64,000 nucleotides of DNA from Longimicrobiales bacterium (GTDB lineage: Bacteria; Gemmatimonadota; Gemmatimonadetes; Longimicrobiales; Gaopeijiaceae). The notes below the pieces were generated by a model that was not told the origin of the DNA, made no database searches, and was given only the letters and a program-made list of their open reading frames with translations. Positions 10,091-18,733 of the stretch are shown here, in pieces. Where the stretch lies: NCBI GenBank assembly GCA_963664435.2, contig CAXXKM010000001.1, forward strand, positions 1,152,001 to 1,216,000, read 5' to 3'. The translations under genes were made by a program, and so were the position numbers. Each line of letters opens with the position of its first letter. Within the stretch, counting starts at the first letter, position 1.

Positions 10091-10909
10091 CGGGCATGTT
10101 CGCCGTGCTGTGCGCGGCCGCGCTGTGCGTCGTGCGACGTGACGCGCGCGCGCCCGGGCTCGAACTTCTATGGGTCCGAGGAAGGCAACGGGCCGAGGCG
10201 GTTGGTAAACGCGGGCGGCCTGCGGGACGGGTCCCGTGCTGGAGTTCCACGTGCCCGACCGGAAGCTGGCAGGTCTCCACAGCGTCCGCGTCGTCGAGAT
10301 AGCCGGTCAGGACCACTGGCTCCTCGAAGCGGACGACCACCGGGCCACCGTCGCGCGCTGACGGCGGGAGCGTCGTAGGTCGGCCAACGCGCCGCCTTGG
10401 AGAGTTCGCCCCGTTGCTGAAACACTTTGGCACGGTCGCCCGTACGGGGATGCCTGGTAGCGCGAACAGGCTCGCCAGATGCCGAAGGTGGAGGCGTTTT
10501 CGACAAGCCGCTGGCGGCGGATTCCCGAAGCTCCCGTACGTTACCGGACATCCTCGAACGTTACCGGACAAGAGGAGGTTTCCGAAGGGTTGACTGCCTC
10601 AAGGACGGTTGTTCAACGTCTCGGCTATGGAGACGCTGACACAGCCGCTCGACAGGGAAGCGGGCGGTACGATCGCCCATCGTGACGGCCGCCAAGGTGC
10701 GCGCGGGTCCTTCGACTTGACCGGACACCGGACCGAATCGATTGCGCTCGCATGCCGCTGCGGAGAGGCGTTCGCCCACGCCCGGCGTGCGCGGCTCATG
10801 GACCGCGCAAGCCGAGGCGCCGGGCAGCGCATGAGCGCGTCGAGGAGGTCGATGCCGACCTGTTCCCGGGCGCGGCCCACGGGGGCGTTGGTCGCTGTTA
10901 AGGCGTCCA

Positions 10910-10943
10910 GCCAGCCTACCCATTGTCATACAATGGGGCTGGC
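10910..10943. other. Candidate oriT hairpin
   Basis: Imperfect inverted repeat GCCAGCC-TA-CCCATTGT-CAT-ACAATGGG-GCTGGC about 100 bp upstream of mobC; position typical of oriT, nic site not identified. Confidence 0.45.
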
Positions 10944-11047
10944 GAGGGGCTGGCTCCCGCCCCCCCTTCGAACCCCCCGCTGTTCGCGCTCCCGAGGAGG
11001 TCGCGGATGGGGGCGCCGCCCCCTTTCCCCCGTGTCGGTGCGGCGTG

Positions 11048-11386
11048 ATGCCTGAGCGCCGCACCGCCGTCGTCACCGCCCGCGTGTCGGCGGCCGAGTC
11101 CGCCGACTGGCGGGCCAAGGCGGAGGCCGCAGGCATACCGCTGTCCGCGCTGATCCGGCGGGCCATGGCCCGTACACGGACCTGGACCGCACGCGCGGCC
11201 GAGGTCGAGCGCGAGCGCACCCGGCAGGTGTCGCGCGTCGGGAACAACCTCAACCAGATCGCCAAGTGGGCCAACACCCACAAGGGGGCGGCCGAGGCCG
11301 TCGAGGTCCTCGCCCGGCTTGTGGCCATCGAGCGCGCGCTCGGCGCGCTGGCTCGCTTCGAGAGTCCGGACTCCGATGCACGTTAA
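11048..11386 (+). CDS. mobC: MobC/MbeC-like relaxosome accessory protein
   Basis: RHH-like N-terminus (TARVS..E..W..KA..AG..LS.LIR) and RVGNNLNQIAKWAN motif; overlaps the relaxase start. Confidence 0.92.
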   Translation: MPERRTAVVTARVSAAESADWRAKAEAAGIPLSALIRRAMARTRTWTARAAEVERERTRQVSRVGNNLNQIAKWANTHKGAAEAVEVLARLVAIERALGALARFESPDSDAR

Positions 11387-12947
11387 GTTCTTGGCGCACG
11401 GGACCGGCTCGGCCGGCAAGGCGGCAGGCTACCTCCTCGGGGAGCGGGACGCCGCCGGGAAGCTGCGCGAGGGCGTCGAGGTGTTGCGCGGGAACCCGGA
11501 CATGGTGGCCGCGGTCGCCGACTCGCTCGACTTCGAGCACAGGTACACCTCCGGCGTGATCGCCTGGGCACCGGACGACCACCCCACCGACGAGCAGATC
11601 GAAGCTGTGCTCGACGAGTTCGAGAAGACGGCTTGGGCGGGGCTGGAGCCCGACCGGTACGCCTGGGCGGCCGTGCTACACCGTGAGGAGGGCGGAGGCG
11701 CGCACGTCCATGTCCTCGCCGCTCGGTGCGACTTGGAGACCGGGCGGAGCCTCAATATTGCGCCACCGGGTTGGCAGCGGACGTTCGATCCGCTCCGCGA
11801 CGCCTTCAACCACGAGCACGGCTGGAGCCGTCCAGACGACCCGGAGCGGGCCAGAGTGCAGCACCCCGGCCACCGCGCCTACATCGAGGCGACCCGGCTG
11901 CGGGCCGGACTACGGCTCGAATCCTCCCCCCGCGACCTGATCCGGGACTACCTGCTCCAGCGTGTCGAGCACGGCGCGGTCAAAGACCGCCACGATGTTG
12001 TCGCCGCGCTCCGGGAGGCGGGCCTTGAAGTGCCGCGCCAGGGCATGGACTACATCACCGCGCTGGACCCCGAAACCGGGGACCGGTGGCGGCTGAAAGG
12101 AGAACTGTACGGAGTTGATTTCCAACGCGAACGATTTGACCGAACGGCTGCGGAGGAGGCTGGAACACGAGCGCAGGGAGATCGAGGAGTTGACCGCGAG
12201 CGAGCTCGAAAGGCTCGGCGAGCACTCGCGGCGCGTCGCGAGGAGCGCGGTGCGTACCATCGAGCGCGATACGGAGGAGGCGACCGGCAAGATGCGCGAG
12301 TTGCTGGTCAAGGCGTGGCAACGGCCGCTGATCGTCGGCCTGAGTCTTTGGATCGGTTTCTTCGGCGGAAGCTGGGCGACGATGCGCTGGTTGGCGGGCA
12401 GCATTCAGGACCGGATCGTGACCCGAGCCGAACTGAACCGGGACATCGAAGACGCCCGGCGGACGCTGGCCCAGCTGGAGGAGGACACCTGGGGGCTCGT
12501 GTTCCACGAGATCAAGGGCGAGAGGTTCGTGGTGGTGCCGGACGGGGTGCTGGACGATCCGCCCTGGTGGGTGGAACCGGGGCACCTTCCGGCGTTGAAG
12601 CTGTCGAACGAGTGAAGGAGATCTATGACCGCGTTAGAGGAGCAGTTGACGAGGGCCTTGCGGAGGCTGTGCGCGCAGTACGAAACGGAACAGCAGCGGC
12701 ACTCCGAGCAGGTCGCAGCCTTGCAAGGGCACGTCGAGCGGCAAGGCGGAGAGATCGAAGCCTTGCGGCAGCACGTCGAGCGGCAGAGCGCGGAGTACGA
12801 AGCCTTGCAGATGCAAATCGAGCGGCTCGACGCGCTGGCGACACGCTTGGCCGAGTATTTCGGGACATCCGCCGTCGCGAGACGGCGCGGCCTCCGTATC
12901 TGATGCGCCGCCCGGGACCGGACCGCGATCAAGGTCCGAGCCGCTGA
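11376..12947 (+). CDS. Relaxase, ColE1 MbeA-like (MOBP5-related) with a 3-His motif
   Basis: MHVKF..HGTGS.....YLLG, VLRGNP, RYTSGV, LHREEGGGAHVHVL...DLETGR.L; C-terminal DRDQGPSR tail. Confidence 0.9.
   Translation: MHVKFLAHGTGSAGKAAGYLLGERDAAGKLREGVEVLRGNPDMVAAVADSLDFEHRYTSGVIAWAPDDHPTDEQIEAVLDEFEKTAWAGLEPDRYAWAAVLHREEGGGAHVHVLAARCDLETGRSLNIAPPGWQRTFDPLRDAFNHEHGWSRPDDPERARVQHPGHRAYIEATRLRAGLRLESSPRDLIRDYLLQRVEHGAVKDRHDVVAALREAGLEVPRQGMDYITALDPETGDRWRLKGELYGVDFQRERFDRTAAEEAGTRAQGDRGVDRERARKARRALAARREERGAYHRARYGGGDRQDARVAGQGVATAADRRPESLDRFLRRKLGDDALVGGQHSGPDRDPSRTEPGHRRRPADAGPAGGGHLGARVPRDQGREVRGGAGRGAGRSALVGGTGAPSGVEAVERVKEIYDRVRGAVDEGLAEAVRAVRNGTAAALRAGRSLARARRAARRRDRSLAAARRAAERGVRSLADANRAARRAGDTLGRVFRDIRRRETARPPYLMRRPGPDRDQGPSR
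12115..12615 (+). CDS. MbeB-like mobilisation protein overprinted in the relaxase (+1 frame)
   Basis: AAGGAG upstream, TTG start; charged coiled-coil N-terminus plus one TM segment (PLIVGLSLWIGFFGGSWA); same position as mbeB within ColE1 mbeA. Confidence 0.72.
   Translation: MISNANDLTERLRRRLEHERREIEELTASELERLGEHSRRVARSAVRTIERDTEEATGKMRELLVKAWQRPLIVGLSLWIGFFGGSWATMRWLAGSIQDRIVTRAELNRDIEDARRTLAQLEEDTWGLVFHEIKGERFVVVPDGVLDDPPWWVEPGHLPALKLSNE
12625..12903 (+). CDS. MbeD/MobD-like protein overprinted in the relaxase (+1 frame)
   Basis: AAGGAG RBS; MTALEEQLTRALRRLCAQYE resembles the MbeD N-terminus (MTELE..L..AL..LQQ.Y); coiled-coil. Confidence 0.78.
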   Translation: MTALEEQLTRALRRLCAQYETEQQRHSEQVAALQGHVERQGGEIEALRQHVERQSAEYEALQMQIERLDALATRLAEYFGTSAVARRRGLRI

Positions 12948-13039
12948 TGGCTCAGGGCAGGGCTGGATCTGGCGCGGGCAACACCGCTCAGCGAAGTTTC
13001 GTTCGCGCAGATCGTGCGGTCCATCACGAGAGGAATCGA

Positions 13040-14203
13040 ATGATGGCACGCACGAAGCGGGACCGGCGCAGCTACAGCGCCGGCGAGTGGGGCCGGAACC
13101 GGGTGAGGGTGTTTGCCGATCCCAAGACCGGTCTCTACCAGATTGAGTGGCGAGAGAACGGGCGCAGGCTCACCCGATCCCTGAAGCACCGGGACTGGTC
13201 GAGAGCCAAGCGGCAGGCCGACGAGGCCGCCGCAGGCCTCGCGACATACGAGCCCAACGGCAAGGCCGAGGCCGAACCCGAGCCGCTCACTCTGGAGAAG
13301 CTGTTTGACATTTATGGTGAGGAGGTGACGCCGACCAAGGGCGAGCACACCCAACGACACGACAAGATCGCGATGCGGATGTTCCTGCGGTTCTTCGGGA
13401 AGGACCGCGACCCGGCGACACTGTCACAGAGGGACTGGGACCGCTTCATCCGGGCGCGGCGCGCGGGCAAGGTCGGACCGAGCGGCAAACCCGTATCCGA
13501 CCGGACGGTCGAGTGCGACCTGCGGTTCCTGATCGCGGTGCTCAACTGGGCGGCGAAGTCCAGGGACGAGCAGGGGAGACTCCTGCTCGACTCGAATCCG
13601 CTGAGGGGCCTGAAGACGCCCAAGGAGAAGAACCCCACCCGCGTCGTCCTTTCGGAGGAGGAGTACCAGGCGATGCTCGGGATATCCCGGCAGGTCGATT
13701 GGCGGTTCCGCGTCGCGTTCGTGCTCGCCCACGAGACCGGACACCGAATCGGAGCCATCCGCAACCTTCGTTGGAGGGACATCGATTTCGAGGGTCGCGA
13801 GGTGCGGTGGCGCGCTGAACACGAGAAGACCGGCTACGAGCACGTCACGCCGATGACGGACGAGGCGGTAGCAGTGTTGGAGGAGGCGCGCGAAACGAAC
13901 CCCGGGAACGGGAAGACGCCGGTCTTGCCCGCGCTGCGGGACCCCTCGGCGAGCATCAGCTCTAGGCTGGCGGGTGCATGGTGGCACAAGGCCGAGCGCC
14001 TTGCGGGGCTGGAACCCCGGCGAGGGAGAGGCTGGCATTCGCTCAGGCGGAAGTTCGCTTCGGATCTCATGGACTTGCCGCTCAAGGTGCTGTGCGAACT
14101 GGGCGGCTGGAAGGAGGCCCAGACGGTGCTCCGCTGTTATCAGCAGGCCGACGCTGGACAGCTCAGGAAGGCTTTGGAGAGTCGGCCGAGAGTTCGCGCC
14201 TGA
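13040..14203 (+). CDS. Tyrosine recombinase/integrase
   Basis: ETGHRIG.I..LRW.DIDF, EKTG, HSLRRKFAS, LGGW, RCY (R-K-H-R-W-Y catalytic set); GAGG RBS before 13040; alternative ATG 12947 overlaps the relaxase stop; ends 94 bp before the right core. Confidence 0.95.
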   Translation: MMARTKRDRRSYSAGEWGRNRVRVFADPKTGLYQIEWRENGRRLTRSLKHRDWSRAKRQADEAAAGLATYEPNGKAEAEPEPLTLEKLFDIYGEEVTPTKGEHTQRHDKIAMRMFLRFFGKDRDPATLSQRDWDRFIRARRAGKVGPSGKPVSDRTVECDLRFLIAVLNWAAKSRDEQGRLLLDSNPLRGLKTPKEKNPTRVVLSEEEYQAMLGISRQVDWRFRVAFVLAHETGHRIGAIRNLRWRDIDFEGREVRWRAEHEKTGYEHVTPMTDEAVAVLEEARETNPGNGKTPVLPALRDPSASISSRLAGAWWHKAERLAGLEPRRGRGWHSLRRKFASDLMDLPLKVLCELGGWKEAQTVLRCYQQADAGQLRKALESRPRVRA

Positions 14204-14297
14204 CCCAACTCGATTGGCGGGAATCAAACAGCGGGAATACGGTGTGTGAGTCCCGTAAGGTCAACGGTCACAGCAAGTTGTGAACTCTATGACTTCC

Positions 14298-14306
14298 GTT
14301 GCGGTA
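14298..14306. repeat. att core (right copy) GTTGCGGTA
   Basis: Identical to 5424-5432; codons 70-72 (YRN) of the peptidase 5' part. Confidence 0.92.
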
Positions 14307-14513
14307 CCAGAAGCGGTCGGTGTCCCCCGTTTCCAGCCAGTTCGGCACTACTTCGGCCCCCGCGATCATCCGCTCGGTGTTCCAGGTCAGAAAGCGCTCG
14401 GCGCGGGAGTAGTCCACCTCCTGGGCGGCGGCCGCCCCACCCCCGGCGAAGGCTGCGAACAGGGTCGCCAGAGCGAACGGACGAGCGACGGAAGCATGGA
14501 CCGGATAACGCAT
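14298..14513 (-). pseudogene. S9B peptidase 5' part (signal peptide + first 72 codons)
   Basis: GGAGG RBS, MRYPVHASVARPFALATLFAAFAGGGAAAAQEVDYSRAERFL...PNWLETGDTDRFWYRN; joins in frame to NTGSGYEFVMVNP at 5423. Confidence 0.9.
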
Positions 14514-14554
14514 GGGGCCTCCAGATGCATTGGGGATGCGGGGTATCGGGATGA

Positions 14555-14583
14555 TTGCGGAATCCGCACGGGGCGGGGATAAT
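14555..14583 (+). promoter_or_regulatory. Possible sigma70-type promoter for the dehydrogenase
   Basis: TTGCGG-N17-GATAAT, 71 bp upstream of ATG 14655. Confidence 0.35.
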
Positions 14584-14654
14584 CCGTGGTGCCAATGTGC
14601 GGAGGTGCCGGAACGCGCGGCAAACCGTCCCCGACCCCAGCATCGAGAGCCCAC

Positions 14655-16061
14655 ATGAGCGAGATCAGCTTTACCGCACAGGTCGACCGTCACTTCCACA
14701 AGGCGGCCGCCCACACGAGCCACCCCCCGGGCCTCCTCGAGCAGATCCGGGTCTGCAACAGCGTTTATGCGTTCGCCTTCCCCATCCGCAAGGACGACGG
14801 CACCATCGAGGTGATCCACGCCTGGAGGGCGGAGCACAGCATGCACAAGACCCCCACCAAGGGGGGGATTCGCTACGCCTCGCACGCCAACCAGGACGAA
14901 GTGGTGGCGCTCGCAACCCTCATGACCTACAAGTGCGCCCTGGTCGAAGTCCCCTACGGCGGCGCCAAGGGCGCGGTCTGCATCGACCGGCGCCAGTACT
15001 CGGACGCCGAACTCGAGCGCATCACCCGGCGCTACACCTTCGAGCTGGTCGCCAAGAACTTCATCGGCCCGGGCATCGACGTGCCCGCCCCGGACTACGG
15101 GACCGGGGCCCGCGAGATGGCCTGGATCGTCGACACCTACGAGCAGATCGCCACGTCCAAGCTCAACGCCGCAGGGTGCGTGACCGGCAAGCCGATCGCG
15201 CAGGGCGGCATCCGCGGGCGCACCACCGCCACCGGGCTCGGCGTCTTCTTCGGAATCCGCGAAACCTGCCTCGACGCGGGATTCATGAAGGATCTGGGCC
15301 TGCAGCGGGGCGTCGGCGGCAAGCGCATCGTCATCCAGGGGCTCGGCAACGTGGGCTACCACGCCGCCTGCTTCCTGCACGACGCGGGCGCCGTCATCAC
15401 GGGCATCGCCGAATACAACGGCGGCATCTGGTCCGAGTCCGGCATCGATCCGCGGGCGGCCCGGGAGCACTTCCGAGAACACGGCTCGCTCCCCGGCCTG
15501 CCGGGAACGTCCGGCGTGGAAAACGGCATGGATCTGCTGGAGGCCGAGTGCGACATCCTCGTTCCCGCGGCCATCGAGAACGTGATCACCGACGAGAACG
15601 CGGGGCGAATCCGCGCCTCGATCGTCGCGGAGGCCGCCAATGGTCCCACCACCGCCGCCGCGGCGGAAATGCTCCTCGAGCGAGGCGTGCTGATCCTCCC
15701 CGACATGTATCTGAACGCCGGAGGGGTCACCGTCTCGTACTTCGAGTGGCTGAAAAACCTCTCCCACGTGCGCATGGGCCGGATGGAGAAGCGATTCGAG
15801 GAGGCGAGCAACCGCCGGCTGCTGGCCGCGATGGAGGCGGTGACGGGGTATCAGCTCTCCGAGGCGGTGCTGGGCACGGCGGCCAAGGGCGCGAGCGAGG
15901 AGGATCTGGTCCGCTCGGGCCTGGAGGACACCATGGTCAACGCCCACAATTCCAGCTGCGAGGTGGCGCGCCGCCACGGCGTCGACCTGCGTACCGCGGC
16001 CTACATCATGGCCATCGACAAGATCGCGCTGATCTACGCGGAGCGAGGGATCTTCCCGTAG
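14655..16061 (+). CDS. gdhA: Glu/Leu/Phe/Val dehydrogenase, probably glutamate dehydrogenase
   Basis: PTKGGIRY, MTYKCA..VPYGGAKG, DVPAPD, QGLGNVG, EAANGP, NAGGVTVSYFEWLKNL. Confidence 0.93.
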   Translation: MSEISFTAQVDRHFHKAAAHTSHPPGLLEQIRVCNSVYAFAFPIRKDDGTIEVIHAWRAEHSMHKTPTKGGIRYASHANQDEVVALATLMTYKCALVEVPYGGAKGAVCIDRRQYSDAELERITRRYTFELVAKNFIGPGIDVPAPDYGTGAREMAWIVDTYEQIATSKLNAAGCVTGKPIAQGGIRGRTTATGLGVFFGIRETCLDAGFMKDLGLQRGVGGKRIVIQGLGNVGYHAACFLHDAGAVITGIAEYNGGIWSESGIDPRAAREHFREHGSLPGLPGTSGVENGMDLLEAECDILVPAAIENVITDENAGRIRASIVAEAANGPTTAAAAEMLLERGVLILPDMYLNAGGVTVSYFEWLKNLSHVRMGRMEKRFEEASNRRLLAAMEAVTGYQLSEAVLGTAAKGASEEDLVRSGLEDTMVNAHNSSCEVARRHGVDLRTAAYIMAIDKIALIYAERGIFP

Positions 16062-16072
16062 GAAGGACCCCC

Positions 16073-17776
16073 CTACTTGAACACGCGCTCGAACTCGTCG
16101 CGCTGCGAGTTGGTGCCGACGAAGAGCACGTGCTCACCCCTGCGGATGACGCGCCCCGGCCGCGGATGGGGGTTGACCACCCCGTTGCTCTCGACGGCGA
16201 TCACGGCGAGCCCGGTGCGCGCCAGGATCCCGCTCTCGCGCAACTGCTTGCCGTCCAGCGAGCGCGGCACCTCCGCGTTGAAGAGGTCGAGTCCCTCTCC
16301 GAAGATCATGGGTTCCCTGCCGCGCAGGGCGCCCAGGACCGACTGGATCTTGATCTGCGAGTCGCTCACGGCGAAATCGGCGCCGGCGCGATGGATGGCC
16401 TCGACGTTGGAGGGGTGGCTGACCCGGCTGACGATGATCGTATCCGGATTGAGCTTCCGGCAGTAGACCGCGAGGAAGATGTTAACAGCGTCTTCGTGCG
16501 TGGTGAGCACGACGGAAGCCGCCTCCGTGATCCCGAGCCGCGTCATGACCCGGCTGTCCGCCGCGTCCCCGATCACTACGTCGTTCGCGACCTCCTCGAT
16601 GCTCTCCCGCAGGGTCGGGTCGCGCTCCACGACCCGAACCGACGCCCCCCGGCCCTGCAGCGCACGGGCCACCTCGCATCCGACCCGGCCGCCGCCGATC
16701 ACCAGCACGCGCCCACCGCAGGTAATGCCATCGCCCAGATACCCGTTGAGCGCCTCCACCTCGGCCGCGGTTCCCACCGCCAGTCCGATGCAGTCCTCCC
16801 TCAGGAGCGTATCGGGCAGCCCCGGTTCCAGGTGGCCCCTCTTGGCGAGGGCGGCCACGGTCACGCCCGTTTGCGCCCGCACCTGCGCGTCCTCCAGGGT
16901 CATCCCGGCAAGACGGGTATTGCGGATGGGAAACTCGGCGATCGCGATCTGCCTGTAGCGGCCGACGGTCAGCGCGCGCGCCGAACCGACCGACACCCTG
17001 TTGGCCAGCTGCTTGCCGAGCCTCCGGGCGGTCAGCACGACCTGGTTGGCCCCGGCCAGCTCCAGCACCGCCTCCCCCTCGGGGTTCACCGCGGTGGCCA
17101 CGATGGGAATCCGCTCCGATACCTCGCGCGCCGTGAGCACGATGTTGGTGTTGACCTCGTCCGCGGCGTTCGCCAGCAGAAGTCTCGCGCGCCCGAAGGC
17201 GCAGTTCTCGTAGGTGGCCCGCACGCCGAGGTTCCCGCGCACCACCGGCAACTTGTCGGCGTGCAGGGAAGCGGCCTGCAGCGGATCGGACTCGATCACC
17301 ACGCTCTCGATTCCGGAGAGCGCCAGCCGTTCGATGAGCTCCTCGGCCACATCGTCGCAGGTGCTGATGATGACGTGTCCCTCGAGCTCCGCGGGGACGC
17401 GCGTGCGCACCCGGGTCTTGAACTGGGCTTCCACCCAGGGCGCGTAGAAGCGGACGAAGGCCACCGGCAGGTAGATGAGCAGCATGCTGACCCCGGCCAC
17501 CAGCACCACCATGCTGAATATGCGCCCGAGGTCCGACTGGAACACGATGTCGCCGAACCCCAGCGTACTCATGGTTGTGAGGGTCCAGTAGATGCCCGTG
17601 AACCAGTCGTGCTCCTGGCCCTCGCGCGCCATCAGCAGCTGGAAGATCGCCGATGACACGGCAATGAAGGTGACCAGCACAACCGCGAAGCCCAGCAGGT
17701 TCAGAGGCCTCAACTCGGCGTTGCCGCGATGGCTGCCGCCGACCAGGTCGGCGATTGCGCCGATGGTTCCCTTCAT
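16073..17776 (-). CDS. Potassium channel with two RCK (TrkA-N/TrkA-C) units
   Basis: Pore motif TMSTLGFGDI between TM helices; GGGRVG nucleotide-binding motif; two TrkA-C-like segments. Confidence 0.88.
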   Translation of the reverse strand: MKGTIGAIADLVGGSHRGNAELRPLNLLGFAVVLVTFIAVSSAIFQLLMAREGQEHDWFTGIYWTLTTMSTLGFGDIVFQSDLGRIFSMVVLVAGVSMLLIYLPVAFVRFYAPWVEAQFKTRVRTRVPAELEGHVIISTCDDVAEELIERLALSGIESVVIESDPLQAASLHADKLPVVRGNLGVRATYENCAFGRARLLLANAADEVNTNIVLTAREVSERIPIVATAVNPEGEAVLELAGANQVVLTARRLGKQLANRVSVGSARALTVGRYRQIAIAEFPIRNTRLAGMTLEDAQVRAQTGVTVAALAKRGHLEPGLPDTLLREDCIGLAVGTAAEVEALNGYLGDGITCGGRVLVIGGGRVGCEVARALQGRGASVRVVERDPTLRESIEEVANDVVIGDAADSRVMTRLGITEAASVVLTTHEDAVNIFLAVYCRKLNPDTIIVSRVSHPSNVEAIHRAGADFAVSDSQIKIQSVLGALRGREPMIFGEGLDLFNAEVPRSLDGKQLRESGILARTGLAVIAVESNGVVNPHPRPGRVIRRGEHVLFVGTNSQRDEFERVFK

Positions 17777-17988
17777 CCGGGGAAATCCCTCATGGCGTGA
17801 TGTTCTTCAACCCTGCGCGTCCCTCGAATGTAATGACTCGAATGGCCGGCGCGGAAATGCCGGGCGAGCGGCCGGCGTCCGGGTCCGCCCTTCCGCCGGA
17901 GCGGCGCCGTCTTCCCGTGCCATTGCGCGAGCACGGCTCCGCAGGCTACGAGTTGCCCACGGCCATCTCCATACGCAAGGGGGGAGCG

Positions 17989-18666
17989 ATGTTGCTCCGC
18001 TTGACGCTCGACCCGCTACGCCGCAGAGCCCGACGCCTCGCCACGCCGGCGGGTGCATTCATTCTCGGCGCCGTCGCACTCGCCTCACAGGCGGCGGGGC
18101 AGGACGAGCCGGGTCCAGGCGAAGCCATACCCTATTTCATCGACAACGGGGCCGGGATCCCCGGGTACCAGCCGTCGGACGACGACCTGGCCCGCGCGGC
18201 GTTCGAGGCCTGGGCGCGGGAAAGCGGCGGGCGGCTGCGGTTCGCGGAAACCGCCGCCGAGGACGCGCTCATCCACGTGGTCTGGATTGACCCCGGGAGC
18301 GGCGTGTACGGGGAGATGCGCACCGTCCTGATCGACGGCCGCCCCGTGGCCCTTCTCTACGTGACGCCGAGCGTCGACCTCCAGGGACCCGCCATCGCCC
18401 GCCTGGCCGCGGGCGACCCATTGCTGCGGGACGCGATCGTCTACCTGACGTGCGTCCACGAACTGGGCCACGCCATCGGGCTGCCGCACACCGCCGACTT
18501 CGAGGACATCATGTACTCGTTCGCCTACGGCGGCGACATCGTGCGCTACTTCATGCGCTACCGGGAACGGCTCGCCGACCGGTCCGACATCGCGAACCAC
18601 TCCGGGCTCTCGGCGGGCGACCGGGCGGTCCTCCACGGCCTGTACCCGCCCCGCCAGCGCCGGTAG
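17989..18666 (+). CDS. Matrixin-like (metzincin) metalloprotease
   Basis: HELGHAIGLPH followed by the Met-turn DIMY; signal-like hydrophobic segment. Confidence 0.82.
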   Translation: MLLRLTLDPLRRRARRLATPAGAFILGAVALASQAAGQDEPGPGEAIPYFIDNGAGIPGYQPSDDDLARAAFEAWARESGGRLRFAETAAEDALIHVVWIDPGSGVYGEMRTVLIDGRPVALLYVTPSVDLQGPAIARLAAGDPLLRDAIVYLTCVHELGHAIGLPHTADFEDIMYSFAYGGDIVRYFMRYRERLADRSDIANHSGLSAGDRAVLHGLYPPRQRR

Positions 18667-18733
18667 ACGCGACCGGGCGCGGCGCCTTCCGCTTCAGCCG
18701 GCTTCCGGAGCTGCCCGACCGCGCGGGCCGCGC

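Larger units (their letters stand above)
5424..14306. mobile_element. Integrative mobilisable element (tyrosine integrase + ColE1-like mob cassette), 8,874 bp between cores
   Basis: Identical 9-bp direct repeats at both ends; interrupts the peptidase gene; encodes integrase, relaxase and MobC; cargo visibly less GC-rich than the flanks. Confidence 0.92.

Noticed and set aside
10100..10900. ORFs between the IS110 relic and oriT as possible rep or excisionase
   Set aside because: No recognisable motif, RBS or consistent coding pattern in any frame
14268..15977. 569-aa minus-strand ORF as one gene
   Set aside because: Mostly antisense to gdh; only 14513-14298 is real (peptidase N-terminus), followed by a short read-through into the element
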